From: an uncultured Mycoplasmatota bacterium
Lineage (GTDB): Bacteria > Bacillota_I > Bacilli_A > RF39 > UBA660
Length of the DNA: 64,000 nt
Direction: 5' to 3'
Assembly (NCBI GenBank): GCA_946629885.1
Contig: CAMOYI010000014.1
Location: 2,013-66,012 of the forward strand
The notes under the pieces: model-generated
What the model saw: the letters and a program-made list of their open reading frames with translations, nothing else
Told to the model about the DNA's origin: nothing
Databases searched by the model: none
Program-made: the position numbers and the translations under genes
In this document: positions 59,082 through 64,000 of the stretch, piece after piece
Numbering within the stretch: the first letter of the stretch is position 1
Layout of the letters: the number at the start of each line of letters is the position of its first letter

Positions 59082-61010
59082 CTATGCATCGACGTCTGCA
59101 AAACGTGCGTTTTCCTCAATAAATTTACGTCTCGGTTCAACATCTTCGCCCATCAATTGTTCAAAGATAGCATCTGCTGCAACCAAATCGTCTACATTTA
59201 TTTTTTTTAGAACCCTCGTATTAATATCCATAGTAGTTTCGTATAATTCTTCTGCGTCCATTTCACCAAGACCTTTCATTCTCGTAATTTCAGCCTTGTT
59301 TCTGTCAGATTCTTTTAATGTATTTAAATATGCTTGTTTTTCTTCTTCTGTTAGGACATATTTTCTAGTTCGACCGTGCATTATTCTAAATAATGGTGGC
59401 TGGGCTGCATAAACATGGCCGGCTTCAACAATTGGTCTAAAGTATCTATAGAACAATGTCAATAATAGAACCCTGATGTGTGCCCCATCGACATCGGCAT
59501 CGGTCATTATTATTATTTTATCATACCGAAGTTTAGATAAATCAAATTCAGCGCCTATTCCAGTTCCAAATGATGTTATTATTGTTCTTATTTCCTCATT
59601 TGATAATGCTTTATCTAATCTTGCTTTTTCAACATTTAGTATTTTACCTCTCAACGGTAATATAGCTTGTGTCATCGAATCTCTACCCTTTTTAGCAGAT
59701 CCTCCTGCACTATCTCCCTCGACTATAAATATCTCTGAAATAGCGGGATCTTTACTTTTACAGTCCGATAATTTTCCCCACGTATTTCCCATTGTAAGGT
59801 CAGTTTTTCTTGAAGCTTCTCTTGCTCGTTTAGCAGCGTTTCTTGCTCTGCAAGCTTGTATAGATTTTTCTATAATAATTTTAGCTTCTTGTGGATTTTC
59901 CATTAAAAATCTTTCAAACCCCTGAGAAAACACGCTATCTGCAAGTTTTCTTACCTCTGAATTTCCCAATCTACCCTTAGTTTGTCCTTCGAATTGTGGA
60001 TTAGGATGCTTACAAGAGATAATCATTGTTAAGCCTTCTTTGACATCGTCACCAGTTAATGCTTCATCTTTTTCTTTTAGTATATTAGCCTTTCTTGCAT
60101 AGTTATTGATAACTCTAGTTAACGCTCTTCTAACTCCCTCTTCGTGTGTACCACCATCGTGCGTATTGATATTGTTTACAAATGAATATATATTGTCATT
60201 GTAGCCAGTATTATATTGCATAGCAACTTCAAAGAAAACTCCGTCTTCTTCACCTTCTAAGTGAATAATATCTTCATGAACAGGAGTTTTTCCCTGGTTG
60301 ATAAAACGAACATATTCGCTAATTCCACCTTCATATAAGAAATGGTCACCCGTCGTATCTTCTAAGTCTCTATCATCCCTTAATGTAAGTGACAATCCCT
60401 TATTTAAGAATGCTAATTCTCTAGTTCTAACTTTAAGAGTTTCGTAATCATAGATATCCGTATCAAATATCTCTGCATCTGGTTTAAACGTTACAGTAGT
60501 TCCTGTTCTATTTGGTTCACATTCGCCAATTTCTGTTAAATGTTGAACAATTTTTCCACCATTTTCAAATTTTGTTTCATATATTTTCGAATTCTTATAT
60601 ACAGTAACCGTAACCCAAGAAGAAAGTGCATTTACTACACTAGCTCCAACTCCGTGAAGGCCTCCTGATACTTTATATCCTCCTCCACCAAACTTTCCAC
60701 CGGCATGCAAAACTGTATAAACCGTTTCAACAGTTGATAACCCAGTTTTAGCGTGTACTTCAACTGGTATACCTCTACCGTCATCCTTAACAGTGATTGA
60801 ATTATCCTTGTTAATAACTATTTCTATATTTTTACAATATCCTGCTAAAGCCTCATCAATCGAATTGTCTACGATTTCCCATACTAGATGATGTAGTCCC
60901 TTAACGTCTGTAGTTCCAATATACATACCAGGTCGTTTTCTAACCGCTTCTAATCCTTCTAATACTTGAATATCACTTGCAGTATAATCATTTGTAACCT
61001 TTTCATTCAT
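59082..61010 (-). CDS. gyrB: DNA gyrase subunit B
   Basis: GHKL ATPase, Toprim EGDSAGG, and PLRGKILN. Confidence 0.97.
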   Translation of the reverse strand: MNEKVTNDYTASDIQVLEGLEAVRKRPGMYIGTTDVKGLHHLVWEIVDNSIDEALAGYCKNIEIVINKDNSITVKDDGRGIPVEVHAKTGLSTVETVYTVLHAGGKFGGGGYKVSGGLHGVGASVVNALSSWVTVTVYKNSKIYETKFENGGKIVQHLTEIGECEPNRTGTTVTFKPDAEIFDTDIYDYETLKVRTRELAFLNKGLSLTLRDDRDLEDTTGDHFLYEGGISEYVRFINQGKTPVHEDIIHLEGEEDGVFFEVAMQYNTGYNDNIYSFVNNINTHDGGTHEEGVRRALTRVINNYARKANILKEKDEALTGDDVKEGLTMIISCKHPNPQFEGQTKGRLGNSEVRKLADSVFSQGFERFLMENPQEAKIIIEKSIQACRARNAAKRAREASRKTDLTMGNTWGKLSDCKSKDPAISEIFIVEGDSAGGSAKKGRDSMTQAILPLRGKILNVEKARLDKALSNEEIRTIITSFGTGIGAEFDLSKLRYDKIIIMTDADVDGAHIRVLLLTLFYRYFRPIVEAGHVYAAQPPLFRIMHGRTRKYVLTEEEKQAYLNTLKESDRNKAEITRMKGLGEMDAEELYETTMDINTRVLKKINVDDLVAADAIFEQLMGEDVEPRRKFIEENARFADVDA

Positions 61011-62100
61011 ATACTTTTTTCACCACTTTCTCATTTTTGATATTAAACACTGTACAGTTATTCAAAATTTTTGTATTAATGTTTTTTAAATCTGTAGTAG
61101 TAATAAATATTTGCAGATTTTTATTTAACTTTTTTAAAATATTATTAATTTTTTTGGCATCCAGGCAGCTGAAGAGATCATCTAATATGAGTATCGGATA
61201 CTTTTTCTTATCCTTGATATACATTTCAATCTCCGCTAATTTAAAGCAAATAATTGCATTTTTTTGTTCCCCTTCACTTCCAAAATCTTTCAAATTGTTA
61301 CCGTCAATAGAAAAGATTATATCATCGTGGTGGACACCAATACTTGTCTTCCCAAGTACAATATCTCTATCCATATAATACCTATATTTCTTTAATAGTT
61401 CATCTTTCTTCTTGTTTTTATAGGTACTGACATATGAAACTTTTAGTCCATTTTTATTGGTTATAGATTTATAAATATCGTCATAATATTCATTAATACC
61501 ATTTATAAATTTTTCACGGTAAGAACATATTTGCAATCCGATATCGACAAGTTTTTCAGTAAGAATCCATAGATAATCTGGACTTGCTAACTTATTGACA
61601 TACATTAACTTTAAAAATGCATTTCGCTGCTTTAAAATTTTATTATATTCGTTTAAGATATGCAAATATGATTGATCATATTGAGATATTTCAATATTTA
61701 ACAAATTTCTTCTACTCGTGGGTGAATCCTTTATTATGTTAGTATCCTCGGGAGTAAAAATTATCACATTAATTCTAGAAATATAATTACTGAGTTTAAC
61801 TACTTTATTGTTATCTACCTTTACGGTTTTACCATCATCTGATAAACTCAGCTTATAGTCATGAAAAATTCTGTCTTTAACCCTACCTTCAATTACCATT
61901 TCGTTACTTTTGGTATTTATTAAAACTTTATCAAGTGACCCTCTAAACGATTTGGTAATAGCTAACACGTAAATTGCTTCAACTATATTTGTCTTTCCTA
62001 CACCATTTGGTCCAATGATAATATTTTGTTTATTTGAAAAATCTAAAGACAAGGACTTATAATTTCTAAAATTGTTTAATTTTAAGCTAGTGATTTTCAT
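61003..62100 (-). CDS. recF: DNA replication and repair protein RecF
   Basis: Walker [13 protein letters not shown]-like signature, and position between the dnaN side and gyrB. Confidence 0.9.
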   Translation of the reverse strand: MKITSLKLNNFRNYKSLSLDFSNKQNIIIGPNGVGKTNIVEAIYVLAITKSFRGSLDKVLINTKSNEMVIEGRVKDRIFHDYKLSLSDDGKTVKVDNNKVVKLSNYISRINVIIFTPEDTNIIKDSPTSRRNLLNIEISQYDQSYLHILNEYNKILKQRNAFLKLMYVNKLASPDYLWILTEKLVDIGLQICSYREKFINGINEYYDDIYKSITNKNGLKVSYVSTYKNKKKDELLKKYRYYMDRDIVLGKTSIGVHHDDIIFSIDGNNLKDFGSEGEQKNAIICFKLAEIEMYIKDKKKYPILILDDLFSCLDAKKINNILKKLNKNLQIFITTTDLKNINTKILNNCTVFNIKNEKVVKKVYE

Positions 62101-62203
62101 AATTGCCCTCTTAAAGCCTCAAAATAAAATTTACTAGGTATACTCGTATAGCTGTACCTAGTAACATTATAACATAAAATTAAGCCTTTAAAAAGCGTTT
62201 TTT

Positions 62204-62677
62204 TTACTTTTCACCGTTTATTTCACGTTTTCTACGATACATTACAGATTCTAATCTAGTTGCCCTTAAAATTTGATTATTTATTATTTCATTAGAAATA
62301 GGAAATTTTAATTTTACATCATCAGAAAAGCTTATTATCGTAGAATTGTCCGATTTCGTATAATTATCGACGTTGTTTAGAGATATCCAACTGCAGTTTT
62401 TTAGTCTTGGACTGCATGTTGGAAAGAAAATTATTCCGTTTGTCTCTTCAATAACTATTGGAGACTTGTGGGTAACTCCTATTAAATCGACAGTTCCTTT
62501 CTTTCTACCAATATATGAGCTACCATAGTATACACAGTTCTCTTCAATTATTTTTTGAGAATTTTTTGGAATAATTATGATATTATCCTTCTCATATATT
62601 TTGGTACTTCTTTCACTTATTGGTACGATAGCAAGTGTTTTTTTACTAATTGTATAGCTGTTTTTCACCAAATTCAC
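62204..62677 (-). CDS. comK: ComK-family competence transcription factor homolog
   Basis: Aligns along its length with B. subtilis ComK: YGSSYIGRKKGT vs FGSSYAGRKAGT, THKSPIVIEETNGIIFFPTCSPRLKNCSWIS vs SHKPPIMVDPSNQIFLFPTLSSTRPQCGWIS, and FPISNEIINNQILRA vs LPISYNSFENQVYRTA. Confidence 0.7.
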   Translation of the reverse strand: MNLVKNSYTISKKTLAIVPISERSTKIYEKDNIIIIPKNSQKIIEENCVYYGSSYIGRKKGTVDLIGVTHKSPIVIEETNGIIFFPTCSPRLKNCSWISLNNVDNYTKSDNSTIISFSDDVKLKFPISNEIINNQILRATRLESVMYRRKREINGEK

Positions 62678-62785
62678 CTCCCTCTTGGTTGCCTGTTATA
62701 CAACAAAATAATGTCGAAATTTGTCATATTTTGTCGAATATATGCCAAATTATGGTAAAAAAAAACGATTTTTTCAAAAACCGTT

Positions 62786-63904
62786 TTAGTACGTCTTGAT
62801 AGGTAAAATCAATTGTATCAATGTTTCATCTTGACTGGATTTAATTATAATTGGCTTAATTTCGCTATTTAATAGAATTACAATTTCAGTATCATCTATT
62901 GTTTTTAAGGCATCCATCATATATTTAGCACTAAATGAAATTCCTAAATCTGCAGATTCATTTTTTTCTATTTCTATTTTTTCTTCAACTCGCCCTATTT
63001 CTGATGAGAAAGAAGAAATTGTAAGATTCGATCCTTTTGTTTCCATCTTTACGATATTTTTTTCTTTATTTTGAGTCAAAAGTGACGCTCTATCTATTGC
63101 GGCAAAGAAATCATTGTAATTCACATTAATTATAGTACTAAAATTATCTGGTATAAGATTATTAGTATTAGGATATGTTCCGCTCAAGAGATTAGTTTGA
63201 AATGTAATATTCTTATAAATGAATAAAGCCTTATTTGAGAAAATATGCATTTCTATTGGTTCATCATCAACAATTATCTTATCGAGTTCATTTATATTAT
63301 TTCCAGGTATAGTAATATTAATCTCATCTTTAATAAATTCCGATAACGTAACAGTCTTTTTTGCCAACCTATAAGAATCAGTCGCAGTAACTTCCATTAT
63401 ATTTCCCATCAATTTAAAGTTAATACCTGTTAGTAATGGTCTAGACTCTTGATTACTGATTGCATAAACAGTTTGTTTTATTATAGATTTAAATAAGTTT
63501 CCTTTAATGATTATTGGATCTTTTTGATATTCTAATTTTATCTGTGGATAATCTTCTACTTTTAAACAGTTTAGATTAAATTGAGAATTTTTAGATTTAA
63601 TTAAAACTTTCAATCCATCTATTACTTCTATATCTATAACCTCATCTGGAAGTTTTCTAATTATTTCTGTAATAAATTTACTTTGTATTACAATACTTCC
63701 CAATGAACTAACTTTTTTTATCTTATCTTTCTTTATAAAAGATTTAATAGTTAAGTCTGTATTACTCGCAGTTAAATATAAACCATCTTCCGTCAATTCC
63801 ATTTTTATTCCATTTAGTACAGGTATAACGTTTTTGATCGATATTGCCTTTGTAACATTTGATAAATTTTCTAATAAAATATTTTTTTCGATTGTGAATT
63901 TCAT
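62786..63904 (-). CDS. dnaN: DNA polymerase III beta sliding clamp
   Basis: 372 aa with a three-domain beta-clamp pattern, upstream of recF and gyrB. Confidence 0.9.
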   Translation of the reverse strand: MKFTIEKNILLENLSNVTKAISIKNVIPVLNGIKMELTEDGLYLTASNTDLTIKSFIKKDKIKKVSSLGSIVIQSKFITEIIRKLPDEVIDIEVIDGLKVLIKSKNSQFNLNCLKVEDYPQIKLEYQKDPIIIKGNLFKSIIKQTVYAISNQESRPLLTGINFKLMGNIMEVTATDSYRLAKKTVTLSEFIKDEINITIPGNNINELDKIIVDDEPIEMHIFSNKALFIYKNITFQTNLLSGTYPNTNNLIPDNFSTIINVNYNDFFAAIDRASLLTQNKEKNIVKMETKGSNLTISSFSSEIGRVEEKIEIEKNESADLGISFSAKYMMDALKTIDDTEIVILLNSEIKPIIIKSSQDETLIQLILPIKTY

Positions 63905-63961
63905 TTTTTTCCTTCTTTCTTTTATTTATATAATTTTATTAATAATATGTGCTGTTGATAT

Positions 63962-63987
63962 TGTGGAAAACTTGTGTTTTCTCCACA
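63962..63987. promoter_or_regulatory. Inverted pair of DnaA-box-like 9-mers (start of the dnaA-dnaN intergenic oriC region; truncated by the window end)
   Basis: TGTGGAAAA (reverse complement TTTTCCACA) at 63962..63970 and TTCTCCACA at 63979..63987, each one mismatch from TTATCCACA. AT-rich DNA lies upstream of dnaN. Confidence 0.45.
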
Positions 63988-64000
63988 ATTATGGGAATTT

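Noticed and set aside
1-64000. Alternative genetic code (TGA read as Trp), as in Mollicutes
   Set aside because: Long housekeeping genes (gyrA, gyrB, mfd, ftsH) are full length under the standard code, so TGA behaves as a stop.
1-64000. CRISPR arrays, tRNA/rRNA genes, integrases, transposases and prophage modules
   Set aside because: No regularly spaced direct repeats were seen. No tRNA-like GTTC/TpsiC-arm intergenic segment was seen. No integrase or transposase-like ORF was seen. The accessory locus has no obvious mobility genes.

Overview
The window is low-GC Bacillota (Firmicutes) chromosome next to oriC; the organism is not identified. Most genes are on the minus strand and are read away from a dnaA-dnaN intergenic region that starts at the window end. 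No tRNA, rRNA, CRISPR array, integrase or transposase was seen. The standard genetic code is used (TGA is a stop).

The right-hand two thirds (24-64 kb) is ordinary housekeeping with Bacillus-like synteny. In order it carries dnaN, a ComK-like gene, recF, gyrB, gyrA, an unannotated small SRP RNA, tadA, dnaX, ybaB, recR, bofA, holB, ricT, a methyltransferase, pth, mfd, spoVT, a T-box leader with metG, tatD, a 3D-domain gene, rsmA, yabG, veg, spoVG, yabP-yabQ-divIC, a degenerate ABC-ATPase pair, truA, rplM-rpsI, small accessory genes, tilS-ftsH, parA-parB, mscS, DUF951, abgT and ychF. The sporulation genes present suggest an endospore former.

The left third (about 3.0-24 kb) is an accessory locus and is the main finding. 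It is a tightly packed minus-strand gene array with these components:
- seven TasA/camelysin-like proteins with SipW-cognate N-termini (TxA[WKL][FY]);
- two ER/archaeal-type (Ser/His) SipW signal peptidases and a third, catalytically degenerate homolog;
- a membrane-anchored McrB-like AAA+ GTPase with two uncharacterised partner proteins;
- a 2566-aa secreted glycine-rich beta-helix repeat protein;
- a secreted 296-aa protein and a membrane-anchored XRE regulator immediately upstream, and a LysM-amidase downstream.

This looks like a dedicated surface-fibre or adhesin export and assembly system with an unusual NTPase module. Other notable signals are listed below.
- A 22-nt perfect palindrome forms the shared 3' end of two convergent paralogs, both ending QNAS*.
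- Twin 18-bp CACGTG-core palindromes lie between gyrA and the SRP RNA.
- A 23-nt sequence, whose 22-nt core AATTATTTCCCGGGAAATAATT is a perfect palindrome, occurs both in that intergenic region and inside mfd.
- A ComK-like gene sits between dnaN and recF.
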